This document shows, piece by piece, positions 27,201 to 35,265 of a stretch of 64,000 nucleotides of DNA (position 1 is its first letter; every line of letters begins with the position of its first letter). The stretch lies in assembly GCA_949297415.1 (NCBI GenBank), contig CASFSV010000016.1, forward strand, positions 171-64,170. Direction: 5' to 3'. Below the pieces are notes generated by a model that did no database searches, was not told where the DNA came from, and saw only the letters and a list, made by a program, of their open reading frames with translations. Both the position numbers and the translations under genes were made by a program. The DNA comes from an uncultured Alphaproteobacteria bacterium (GTDB lineage: Bacteria; Pseudomonadota; Alphaproteobacteria; RF32; CAG-239).

Positions 27201-29688
27201 TAAATGCTTTTAATTCTGCTTCAACTTGTTTACGCAAATCCAAAATTTCTTTGAAGTGGTCTGATGCGACAACTCTTCCGGCTGCGTGGGTATTTTCATA
27301 TAAATGGGCGTTTTGTTTATCTAGGTCTGTCTGACATGTTGCTTCGTATCCACCACTATTTTTCCAACTTGCAGTTACACCCGGAATGTATCTTTGAACA
27401 AGGAATTTGGTTGATAAATCCCATTCACCCGGACATTCCCCACTGTTATCCTCTATTTCTTCGTAAGAGCCTGCAGCCTTTGTAAAATCGCAGCCACCAG
27501 ATGGACTTTTAATCGTTTGGCTGTAACTTATCGGAACAGATACCTTCGTGCATCCTTCTTGTCTTGAGCCGGTAATTTGTCCGGAATTATTATCGCCTGT
27601 TACTGTACATGTCAATGGCACGGTATAATGGTAAAGAGCACCTTCCGCATCATATGCTGTACAGCTTTCTATTTTTGTTCCTGTACAAGTGCGTACATCA
27701 CCTGAAGTTTCAGGGCATGTTCCCGTGTAGCCCCGACACTCTTTATCGAAAGCTAGTTTTGTCGCATCCGTTGTTAACTCGCAAACAGATACCGCAGGCA
27801 AAACCTCTTTAATAGGACCAATGTTTCCATTTTTATCTGCTAAAACTTTTGCAACACGTTGTGACAGCATACCCTGATCCGCTGTTTTGATTATCATGCG
27901 AATATTGCGGTATTTATTGCGCAAATATTCTGTTTGCATATTCTTTTGGTCATTCCATGGCTCAAATTTTAATCTGCCATTTTCGGTCAACTTCATTATT
28001 TTATCATAACCGATACGCCAGTTCTTTTCGGCCTTAATTCTGTTATCGGTTTCTATTTGTTCTGCTTGATTACCATTTTTCAAATAATCTGTGTCATTGT
28101 ATACACGTTCATTTTTTACTGTTGCATAGTCTTTTTCTAATTTTGGTTCATAAGATACCTTCGGATCTCCTTCTGGATCCATGTCTGAGGTTACTGTATC
28201 TAATACGCAGGCAAACATTGTTGTACTTGTTACTTTTTTTCCGGTACTATCCGTATATGTGCATGGTTCTCCATATGTATATCCATCTGGGCACCTTTCA
28301 TAAAATCCACTACACTCCTCGGAATCTGTACCAATTAACTTGTCTGTTGTGTCTTCTTGATACTCTAAAATAACCTCTTTTGACAAACCACCACGAGCTT
28401 CGTGATCATTGACAACAGATGGTTTGCTTTCGCCATACCATATAGAATCTCCCTGACCGTTGCTGTATCTATTCAAGAAACTTAATACGCTGGCTTCACT
28501 CTTTTCCAGAACTTTCATCATTCTTTCATGGATTTCTTTGGCTTTCAGATATTTTCTGTATTGAGTTTTATATTCTGCTAATTGCGATTTTAAATTGTGC
28601 AGATTCATCGCCTGATTGATTTGCTCATCTATCGGCTGTATTTTTCCTAAAATTTTCGTATCATCTGTGTTTTTTATTTCTGTTTTATCTTCATTTTTAT
28701 CCGGACAGTTCTTTCCTCCGTTCTCACATTCTTGACTACGAATATAATCGCCCCCTAGCATCGTACCTGTTGCTAAAGTATAACCCCTGCTTTCATTATA
28801 AGCGAATCTATAACCTGTATCAATGTAGTCTTCTGCAGATGATTGATTTTCAGGCTCTATTGGATCTACACCGTTAATTTGTGCTGCTGATATAAATTGA
28901 GCTTCCGTTCCCGTTAAATCTTCAACTATACGCATTAGTCTATCATATACGGTAGTAACTATATAAGCATTCATTACTTCTCCGTATTGTCCTGGGTTGG
29001 TACTATCTTCAGGATCGCCTTCACTATCTAAATTTTCTTTTTGGGGATCAACGTAGGCCATTTGTAAGCCGAAAAATACGCAATGCTCCGCCATCTCGTC
29101 TTCTGTATACATGCCTTTTTGGCAATGATCTAGGCGTTCTATGGTTTTCTCTACTAACGCAAGATAATTTTCTGTTACGCGGCCAGTTAGATATGTTTCC
29201 ATAGCAATGTCTTGCATATATTCATCAGCTTTGCGTTTATAAGCTTGTTTTACAGCGGGATAATTGTCTGGATAGCTACTCTTTGGAGGATATATGAAAA
29301 ATAGAGTGTGAAATGCGTTAAAGTTCTCTTCTTCATCTAATCCGCCTTTTGTAATCTTTAATAAATCACTATTTTTTAATTCGCCTTTTCCTGGTGCTTT
29401 ATTTTTACCTTTTTCTGTATATTTATTAAATTTTGTTTTTAAAAAGGCTTGTCCCTTTTTTAAAATTTCCAATTTTTGACTATTTAACTCTGACTTTATA
29501 GTCTGAGCCTGACGATATGCGGCTTGTATATTCGACACAATCTTATTGGCATTGCCAGGAACATCTATTTCTATATCCCACGGCATCGGTGGTAAAAACA
29601 AAAATGCTTTAGCTTCCTGTATCCCTGCTCCTAAGATGAATACACTTAGAACCAGACTTTGTAGCACTCTTAATTGTTTTCTAACCAT
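24214..29688 (-). CDS. Giant (1824 aa) secreted protein with VirB5/TrbJ-like N-terminus, Cys-rich modules and long acidic coiled-coil regions
   Basis: Signal peptide ...LGAGIQEAKA, then FLFLPPMPWDIEIDVPGNANKIVSNIQAAYRQAQTIKSELNSQ, the same N-terminal pattern as the four upstream paralogs. SD GGGAGA lies 6 nt before the ATG. No TM segments. Confidence 0.6.
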   Translation of the reverse strand: MVRKQLRVLQSLVLSVFILGAGIQEAKAFLFLPPMPWDIEIDVPGNANKIVSNIQAAYRQAQTIKSELNSQKLEILKKGQAFLKTKFNKYTEKGKNKAPGKGELKNSDLLKITKGGLDEEENFNAFHTLFFIYPPKSSYPDNYPAVKQAYKRKADEYMQDIAMETYLTGRVTENYLALVEKTIERLDHCQKGMYTEDEMAEHCVFFGLQMAYVDPQKENLDSEGDPEDSTNPGQYGEVMNAYIVTTVYDRLMRIVEDLTGTEAQFISAAQINGVDPIEPENQSSAEDYIDTGYRFAYNESRGYTLATGTMLGGDYIRSQECENGGKNCPDKNEDKTEIKNTDDTKILGKIQPIDEQINQAMNLHNLKSQLAEYKTQYRKYLKAKEIHERMMKVLEKSEASVLSFLNRYSNGQGDSIWYGESKPSVVNDHEARGGLSKEVILEYQEDTTDKLIGTDSEECSGFYERCPDGYTYGEPCTYTDSTGKKVTSTTMFACVLDTVTSDMDPEGDPKVSYEPKLEKDYATVKNERVYNDTDYLKNGNQAEQIETDNRIKAEKNWRIGYDKIMKLTENGRLKFEPWNDQKNMQTEYLRNKYRNIRMIIKTADQGMLSQRVAKVLADKNGNIGPIKEVLPAVSVCELTTDATKLAFDKECRGYTGTCPETSGDVRTCTGTKIESCTAYDAEGALYHYTVPLTCTVTGDNNSGQITGSRQEGCTKVSVPISYSQTIKSPSGGCDFTKAAGSYEEIEDNSGECPGEWDLSTKFLVQRYIPGVTASWKNSGGYEATCQTDLDKQNAHLYENTHAAGRVVASDHFKEILDLRKQVEAELKAFIQQYEADVKSLKQQLENTITQRSLYGQKLSSYTDDKNAAVEERQRSLKRVAAIITQVDELEKRVEELQARLDERDPKPKSLQKEIESLTIGAGEDIDKFEDETKKATLAQKIGQIPALKVEFAYICEDAPVIENSEEGDDPYAICYSQKYTSDEILGQYGYLLEAGYKVYENKSTSDAESSDEEEDENEGEFQKVGNLHKTITEYNTKIDDAKAKMEVLQTQIDTLNQKLEETATKFAAKYIEKSEAGQAAIEEANKVFEEKLETKEDGSEPDRMVSDREWCKGYGPQGVVCRDGYSNEYKYDNLSWTMTRVMFGDGDSNSEEAVANELPGLVKDTINKRWFSNSTWVSKAADKLRDEGVVRKFVVEAGALAAYGVPDDVYTPETLAVKIKEKAVEEATAELAIGDNAYINKADKIIKDEIDAAVEEVTEVMEEFRVTGAEGSEANPAIYEHGNYAADGVAEGEQTITARHYQLLEDLKQAENPSILEAAEIDLQEVFGIPDNVATDDDYFASLPARGYYTGRNTFVQFGRDNEKFTFDENDGRDYRAPRKPLLNLAPVREVFYFSALDYDDVPQQEGKPSISALVDLKYKGTSDAVEYLPEVWRYLLATPNLRPGTEKYQHTFVERAYGLDKLKKYLNNEGIDGAEEWHYRAIIGRGGVYPCQLGGKYIDVAGGDNAGDIQFKQRSSIPVGVAKTEQCQEVQAYKNGVRHLLADHDAKDDSKSKALQGSLGSASEPMYTKYSELGQFLNGNLEYRPLLKNIYEYLLNEDNQENNIERQRADTAVFKRNLIGSFLEAVNAEHTALTSLEKNEKDVNDALQTLCKQLHNYGETVNGESGEEADSVCAQYIMDNGGLAKDSADDAYFEDAINCGQSNSGSYYETIFCKLNDLKDEAIKKALNGYTDEEGEYEGFNEVKSMEGSEKVTERIQNIQNYLDSFEEDQNEVTFIQPDSTPDDVKAAKEEALANREASLEATEEGLTSMDNQSQAVSYSPIY

Positions 29689-31046
29689 TGGTAGTCTCCC
29701 GCATTTACTTCATAAGAATCTTCAACATCTGTTACTGCACTATTTGCAGTATTGGCCTCTTCTATTGCTTTATCAACATCTTCTTTTGTCAGTATGTATT
29801 TTTCTAAATTATACTCTAAATATGCTCCGTTTGGCACCTTGATTGCCTCTACGCTTAATAATTTCTTGGCTGCCATATATTGTAATCTTGCACTTTGTAA
29901 TTTTGCGTACATCAATAATGCTTTCATACTTTCTATTCTTGTTGCTGAGTATGACGATATTGCTTCCAATTCTCCCGTTGATGCCGGCGTATTTTGGAAC
30001 ATTTCATCTATAATCTCACTTCTCACAGGTATCTCTCGTCTTAGTGTAGCCGAAACCTGTAATAAATGTGCAGCACTGTTCACTAATAAGAAGCGACGTT
30101 CTCTTGTTACGGCATCTATTTTGGTTTGGTGTTCAATACGTGCATCCGCGCCAGCTGACGATAAATCTTTAGGATTATAAAAATATCTGTCTATAAAATC
30201 TTTATAATCTTCCTCAGTCGGAGAGAAGTTGTCTACTATATCTTCGTCATCCCACTCGGTTTCATCTCCTCCTGATTTATTCATTATTTCTTCTGCTCCA
30301 CCGTCGCCATCTGCTTCTTCTATTTCATTATCCATCTCTTCTAGGCGCTTTTCATATAAGGCATATTCCGGATCCTCTGACGTACCTACTTTTGCTTTTT
30401 CTTCTTCAAGTGCTCCTTTCTGAGCTTCTAAATCACTTAGCAATTCTTCTAATTCTTTGCAGACTGTTTCTAGTTCTTTATATTCCATTTCTGCTTTCAT
30501 GTAGTCATCAAGAGCCTTTGGTTCTTCTGCCAGATTTCCTTTTACACTCTCATAGTAACTCTTCTTTTGTTCTACCTCTACTGATTTTTGTGTCTTCTCA
30601 CTTAATTTTTGGGTGTATACCGTTTCTGTTTCTTGTATACTTTCCTCCATTATTGCTATTTTTTCATCATAGTAGGCATTTTTAGTTTCAGTTTGCGCCT
30701 CTTTTTCTGCTTCTATTTTATCTCTATTTTTCTTCTTTGTACCATCAACTATTTTTTTCATCTTTACTTTAAGTAAATTCTTACCATAGCTTGTTGCATA
30801 TTCTTCCGCAATACCAAATAGCTCTTCTTTATTAAAACCTTGTGAACTCATTTGTTTTACTTGTGAGACTTGTTGAGTAATCTTGGTTGTAGCATCCGTG
30901 ATTTTCCCTACCCATTCACTTATCTTGGCTGCCAATGTCGGAAAGTCCAAAATCAATGCTTGGGCATTTTGTGGTGCGCTCGCGGTTAATATTGTAACTA
31001 TGCAGATGATTGCTATTTTCTTCTTCATTTCTCTTCTCCTATTCAT
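29670..31046 (-). CDS. Secreted acidic coiled-coil protein, VirB5/TrbJ-like N-terminus (probable start 31028)
   Basis: Signal peptide MKKKIAIICIVTILTASAPQNAQA, then LILDFPTLAAKISEWVGKITDATTKITQQVSQVKQM. AGGAGA precedes the second Met (31028). E/K-rich coiled coil and acidic stretch. Confidence 0.55.
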   Translation of the reverse strand: MNRRREMKKKIAIICIVTILTASAPQNAQALILDFPTLAAKISEWVGKITDATTKITQQVSQVKQMSSQGFNKEELFGIAEEYATSYGKNLLKVKMKKIVDGTKKKNRDKIEAEKEAQTETKNAYYDEKIAIMEESIQETETVYTQKLSEKTQKSVEVEQKKSYYESVKGNLAEEPKALDDYMKAEMEYKELETVCKELEELLSDLEAQKGALEEEKAKVGTSEDPEYALYEKRLEEMDNEIEEADGDGGAEEIMNKSGGDETEWDDEDIVDNFSPTEEDYKDFIDRYFYNPKDLSSAGADARIEHQTKIDAVTRERRFLLVNSAAHLLQVSATLRREIPVRSEIIDEMFQNTPASTGELEAISSYSATRIESMKALLMYAKLQSARLQYMAAKKLLSVEAIKVPNGAYLEYNLEKYILTKEDVDKAIEEANTANSAVTDVEDSYEVNAGDYQWLENN

Positions 31047-31737
31047 CTGCTTTACGTGTTTGTAGAGTTAATTCAGCCGTTGCTCCAGCACTCGTCATGT
31101 AAGCCTTCATCTCTAATATTCTATTTAGTCTTTGTTCTGTTGCTATGGCGACGATGTTTTGAGCATTCAAAATCTCATCCATGTTTTCATTCTTAAATTC
31201 TGCTTGATATAATGAACCATCTTCTACCAAAATACTCTGGCGTGCAGATACTCCTTTAGCAAATAATAATGCTGTATCATCTGCTACTATTGCATTTATA
31301 TATCGGCGGTTTTCTGTGGTCTTATCTATATCTTCTCCTTGTCCCCTTTGGTAGATATATGTATTTTCAACAGTTTGAGCTAGACTTCCATCGCTTTTCT
31401 TTTTCAAATCCCCCTCTTTTAATTCCTCTGCTCCCGGCATAACCTTTATTTCAGTTAGACTAGTTACATAATTCTCAGAATCTTTGGCAAATGCCTCTAT
31501 TGCTTTTGCATCACACTTTTTGGGATTTTTATAGCAGTTACTTGCAAGATCAAACCCTTGTCTGGCTCTTTTTTCTATATCTCTCATTTTCTTTTGAAGC
31601 TCTTGAGCTTTGTTTTCTATGTCTTTATATAATTCAAGTATTGATTCTACTTTTGCCATAATATCAAATATTGCATAGGCCTCTCTTGTGTATGCAATTA
31701 ATGAGAAAAACAGAAGTATACATAGTTTCTTTCTCAT
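31039..31737 (-). CDS. virB5: VirB5/TrbJ-sized (232 aa) secreted helical protein
   Basis: Signal peptide MRKKLCILLFFSLIAYTREAYA, then IFDIMAKVESILELYKDIENKAQELQKKMRDIEKRARQGF. Its size and position after virB4 match VirB5/TrbJ. The start overlaps the upstream stop (TAATG). Confidence 0.55.
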   Translation of the reverse strand: MRKKLCILLFFSLIAYTREAYAIFDIMAKVESILELYKDIENKAQELQKKMRDIEKRARQGFDLASNCYKNPKKCDAKAIEAFAKDSENYVTSLTEIKVMPGAEELKEGDLKKKSDGSLAQTVENTYIYQRGQGEDIDKTTENRRYINAIVADDTALLFAKGVSARQSILVEDGSLYQAEFKNENMDEILNAQNIVAIATEQRLNRILEMKAYMTSAGATAELTLQTRKADE

Positions 31738-33932
31738 TAGCTCTCTCCCTCAGCTTTTTGCCCGAAGTAATTATAGTTAAATGTTTCCAAATCTTTTAAT
31801 ATCTCAGTCTGCTGATTTTGGGCATCCGCATCTACAATACTGAGTATTTGTTGTGTTGTATAATAATTGATTTGAGCACCTATGGAATAATCATCTTTTG
31901 TTGTCGTACTTTCTTTTAATCCATCTTGAAGACTTACTATGTTTTTATCTTCACTTGGATTTGGTAATTTCTCTGGATCAATATAATCTAAGCTTGATTT
32001 GTAGTTATTTATGACTGCTAATGTTAAATTATTAAATGCCGAATCATTGTATGCTTTTCTTTGTCTTTCCTTTCCTGCCTTTTTTTCCATTTCTTTATCA
32101 TCTCCTGTTCCTATACTGGCTTCTAAGGCATATTTATATAGGCAATCTGCTATATTTTTTTCTTTTTCTGTAATTGCTTCTATGTCCGTTTTTTTCTTTT
32201 CTGATACAGAAATATCTTTAGCTCTTAAACCACATTTATATAATATCACGTTAGAAAAAATGGCTTTATCAATTACTGCCTTACTTTCATCTCCATCTCT
32301 GTCATCTGATTGCATCGTTCCCCAATTTCTGTTTGTTGCTTCAACAAAATCTGAATCCCTTCCATCTAAATATAATGTTACTCCTTTTTCAAAATCTTGT
32401 ATCATACTTTTGGCTCTTTTTAACGCATCTATTCTCCGTATCTCACTCCATAACTTTGGGGACTCTATATCTGTCATCCCCATTAGTTGATATCCGGCTC
32501 GTGTATTATCTACATCTTTCAGTGTTTTTCTTAAAACATATAATGTTCCTTTGTTGCTATCATTATCCGGCTCTAAATTTCCCCATGTTGCTGAAAATTG
32601 TTTTGCTTTACTCACACTTACAATATTTGCGATGCTATAGTCTTCTCTTAAATGTTTATATATTCCATCTTTTTGGTAATCTTTATATAAGGCTTCCTCA
32701 TATATTTTAGGATATAAATCTACCTCTGCTTTTGCTTTTACAACACATTCTCTTAATGTGCTTGGATCTTTTTCAATTTCTGCAACATCTAAGCCATTAC
32801 ACACTAATTCTGCAGGTAATAAAAAACTTTTATCTGCATCGGTAGCATATACTCCTTTTAAAAGCTGTCTTTCTTGATTTGAACTATAGTTAAATACATA
32901 TAACTTTTTTATTGTTGTTACGTTACTTGCCTCCTCACTTCCATCTGAATACCCTTTTGAATTACTTATACTATTCATGATATCTTCGCTAAAGGCATCT
33001 ATTTTATCTGCAATCTTTTGCGCATCCGCAGCAATGCCGTTTATTGTATTTGTATCTATTCCTACATCTAATCCGGCTATAGTTTCTTTAAATGTTTCTC
33101 CTGCTTGGGTTAATCCTGCTCGATCTATATTACCTGCATAATAGTCACTAATGGCTTGACTATACTCATCAAATGCTGCAGCTATTTGCTCATTATATAA
33201 AGAATCAAACTCTTCTTTTACAGAGTTAATTATACTTGTTACATTTGTTTTTAACTCTTCAATATCATTTTTTATATCGTTAGCTTCTTCATTTAATCTC
33301 GTCTTATCCTCATCGCTTAAATCGCCATTTTCATTTAAACTATCCATGAGCATATCAATTGCAGTTTGTGCATTATCCATAGACTCTTCTATTGCAGCTT
33401 CGGCTTCATTTAAAGCCTTATCTACTTCTTCTTTATTTGCATTTGTTTCATTTTCTGCTTCATCTAATGTATTCTGTACCTCTTCCTCATTTGCTCCAGA
33501 ATCTACTTGGCTTTCGATAGTTTCTGTTGTATTTTCAGCATTCTCTTTTTCTTTATTTAATTCTTCGTTTAGTGTTTCATCGACATTTGTTGCTATATCG
33601 TCAAGATTTTCTGTTGTTTCTGTAATGTTATTGGTTATTTTGGTCACATTATCTTTGATATTGGCTATTGTTCCTTTTAAATCTGCTGCATATTTTCTAA
33701 TTGACGAAACTTGATCCCCTATCGTCTTTATTGTATTATTTATATTATCTAATTGACTTTTAGCATTGGATATTTGGTTTAACCCCGTTGTAATACTATT
33801 TACAAAAGAAACTATTTCCGTTAAATCTATTACTGGCCATATAAAAGCTTTTGCCGGGCGCACATTTAATGTTAGACAAAGACAGCCTATCATTGCCACT
33901 TTTATAAAATTGGATACTATCCTTTTTATCAT
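31737..33932 (-). CDS. Secreted 731-aa protein with VirB5/TrbJ-like N-terminus, N/E/D/T-rich coiled coil and C-terminal globular region
   Basis: Signal peptide ...LTLNVRPAKA, then FIWPVIDLTEIVSFVNSITTGLNQISNAKSQLDNINNTIKTIGDQV. SD AGGGAGGG upstream. Confidence 0.55.
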   Translation of the reverse strand: MIKRIVSNFIKVAMIGCLCLTLNVRPAKAFIWPVIDLTEIVSFVNSITTGLNQISNAKSQLDNINNTIKTIGDQVSSIRKYAADLKGTIANIKDNVTKITNNITETTENLDDIATNVDETLNEELNKEKENAENTTETIESQVDSGANEEEVQNTLDEAENETNANKEEVDKALNEAEAAIEESMDNAQTAIDMLMDSLNENGDLSDEDKTRLNEEANDIKNDIEELKTNVTSIINSVKEEFDSLYNEQIAAAFDEYSQAISDYYAGNIDRAGLTQAGETFKETIAGLDVGIDTNTINGIAADAQKIADKIDAFSEDIMNSISNSKGYSDGSEEASNVTTIKKLYVFNYSSNQERQLLKGVYATDADKSFLLPAELVCNGLDVAEIEKDPSTLRECVVKAKAEVDLYPKIYEEALYKDYQKDGIYKHLREDYSIANIVSVSKAKQFSATWGNLEPDNDSNKGTLYVLRKTLKDVDNTRAGYQLMGMTDIESPKLWSEIRRIDALKRAKSMIQDFEKGVTLYLDGRDSDFVEATNRNWGTMQSDDRDGDESKAVIDKAIFSNVILYKCGLRAKDISVSEKKKTDIEAITEKEKNIADCLYKYALEASIGTGDDKEMEKKAGKERQRKAYNDSAFNNLTLAVINNYKSSLDYIDPEKLPNPSEDKNIVSLQDGLKESTTTKDDYSIGAQINYYTTQQILSIVDADAQNQQTEILKDLETFNYNYFGQKAEGES

Positions 33933-33993
33933 ATCGCGCCCTCCCTAATAATCTTCATTATGTACTAATTATCTTAAACTTATTGATAATATA

Positions 33994-35187
33994 TTAATTC
34001 TTTATCTTTTTTTTCACGTTTATTTCCGCTACTATTGCTTTTAGATCATTTTTGATGTCCTCTGTTGCCTTACGTTGTTGCTCTAGTGTTTTTTTATCTA
34101 TACTTGTATCTATCTCCGCAAATGCAACCTTTAATTCTTCTCCCTTTTTGAGAACTTCATCTTTACTTGTATCTCCTCTAAAGTAGCTTTCTATTGTCTT
34201 TTTGTAATTACTTATTCCATCTATTAGTTTGTTTTGGCATTCTATATTATAGCTCTCTTTTGCATTCTCTATAAGTGCTATTGTTTTATCTGACATGTTT
34301 TGACACTTTATTCTCAAAGATGCTACTTTTTGAACTAAATCTTCCTTATCTTTATCTTCTAGTTGCTCGGTTGTTTTAATCGATTTTTCTAACCTATCTA
34401 ATATTTTGTTTGTACTTTGAGAAGATTTGTTCAAAGTGCTTATCGCTGTATCTAAAACATCATTCATTTGAGCTATGACTTGTTTGCTATCCTCTTCAAA
34501 CGCCTCTATATTTCCCAGAATTTCTTCTTGTTGTATGAGCATTGCTTCATTCTCAGCGATTTCTTCTTCCTCCTCCTCCTCTTCTACCGGTTCAGTAGCA
34601 GTCTCTTGCTTTTCGGCTTCCTCTTGTTCCTTTTTCTTTTTTTCCTCTTCTCTTTTTGCCTTCTCAGCCTCATTCTTTGCATTTACTTTTTGCATACCTT
34701 CATCGGCTTTTTTGGCTGTCTCTTGTGCATCATCTATTCCTGAACTACCTTTATCTATATAGTCTTCGCCTTGATTTATAATATTTTGTGTATCATTTAT
34801 TATATCATTAAGCTCTCCGCCTAATGCATCATTCGTTGCATCAAGCCCTTTATTTACATCTTCCGGAATTTCCATATCTGTTCCTAAATTTTCATTAAGA
34901 CCGTCTACGGCACTGTTTGCAACATCTTGTATATTTGATACTGTATTTCTTAAATCTTGGCCAAATTGTGCAATATTATCTATACTCTGCCCCATAGCCT
35001 GAAAAGCATTTTTCATTTCTGTCATTTGTGCCTTTGTTTCTGATAAAGCACTCATAGAAGTACTTACATTTGAGATAATTTCAGGTACTTCTCCAAAATC
35101 CATTACTGGCCAAAATGCTTTTGCAGGTTGATTGGTGACTATGGCACCGCTTAAAACTATAATACTTAAAATCTTAGCTTTTACCAT
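33994..35187 (-). CDS. Secreted coiled-coil protein with VirB5/TrbJ-like N-terminus (ORF-track start 35217; 35187 preferred)
   Basis: MVKAKILSIIVLSGAIVTNQPAKA, then FWPVMDFGEVPEIISNVSTSMSALSETKAQMTEMKNAFQAMGQ. A strong SD GAGGGGGA precedes the Met at 35187. Contains poly-Glu EPVEEEEEEEEIAE. Confidence 0.6.
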   Translation of the reverse strand: MVKAKILSIIVLSGAIVTNQPAKAFWPVMDFGEVPEIISNVSTSMSALSETKAQMTEMKNAFQAMGQSIDNIAQFGQDLRNTVSNIQDVANSAVDGLNENLGTDMEIPEDVNKGLDATNDALGGELNDIINDTQNIINQGEDYIDKGSSGIDDAQETAKKADEGMQKVNAKNEAEKAKREEEKKKKEQEEAEKQETATEPVEEEEEEEEIAENEAMLIQQEEILGNIEAFEEDSKQVIAQMNDVLDTAISTLNKSSQSTNKILDRLEKSIKTTEQLEDKDKEDLVQKVASLRIKCQNMSDKTIALIENAKESYNIECQNKLIDGISNYKKTIESYFRGDTSKDEVLKKGEELKVAFAEIDTSIDKKTLEQQRKATEDIKNDLKAIVAEINVKKKIKN

Positions 35188-35265
35188 AATTCCCCCTCTT
35201 AAATAAATAATATTCAACGTTGTAAATTGTACTACATTTTTTTGTTTTTGTCAACAAATTTATAG

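Noticed and set aside
25317-34762. Many 60-160-aa ORFs on either strand inside the VirB5-like genes (for example 29752-30180, 32011-32490, 32333-32710, 33346-33714, 34468-34762)
   Set aside because: They are embedded in longer ORFs that have signal peptides, SDs and tight operon spacing. Their low-complexity Ser/Leu/Phe composition mirrors the acidic coiled-coil codons.
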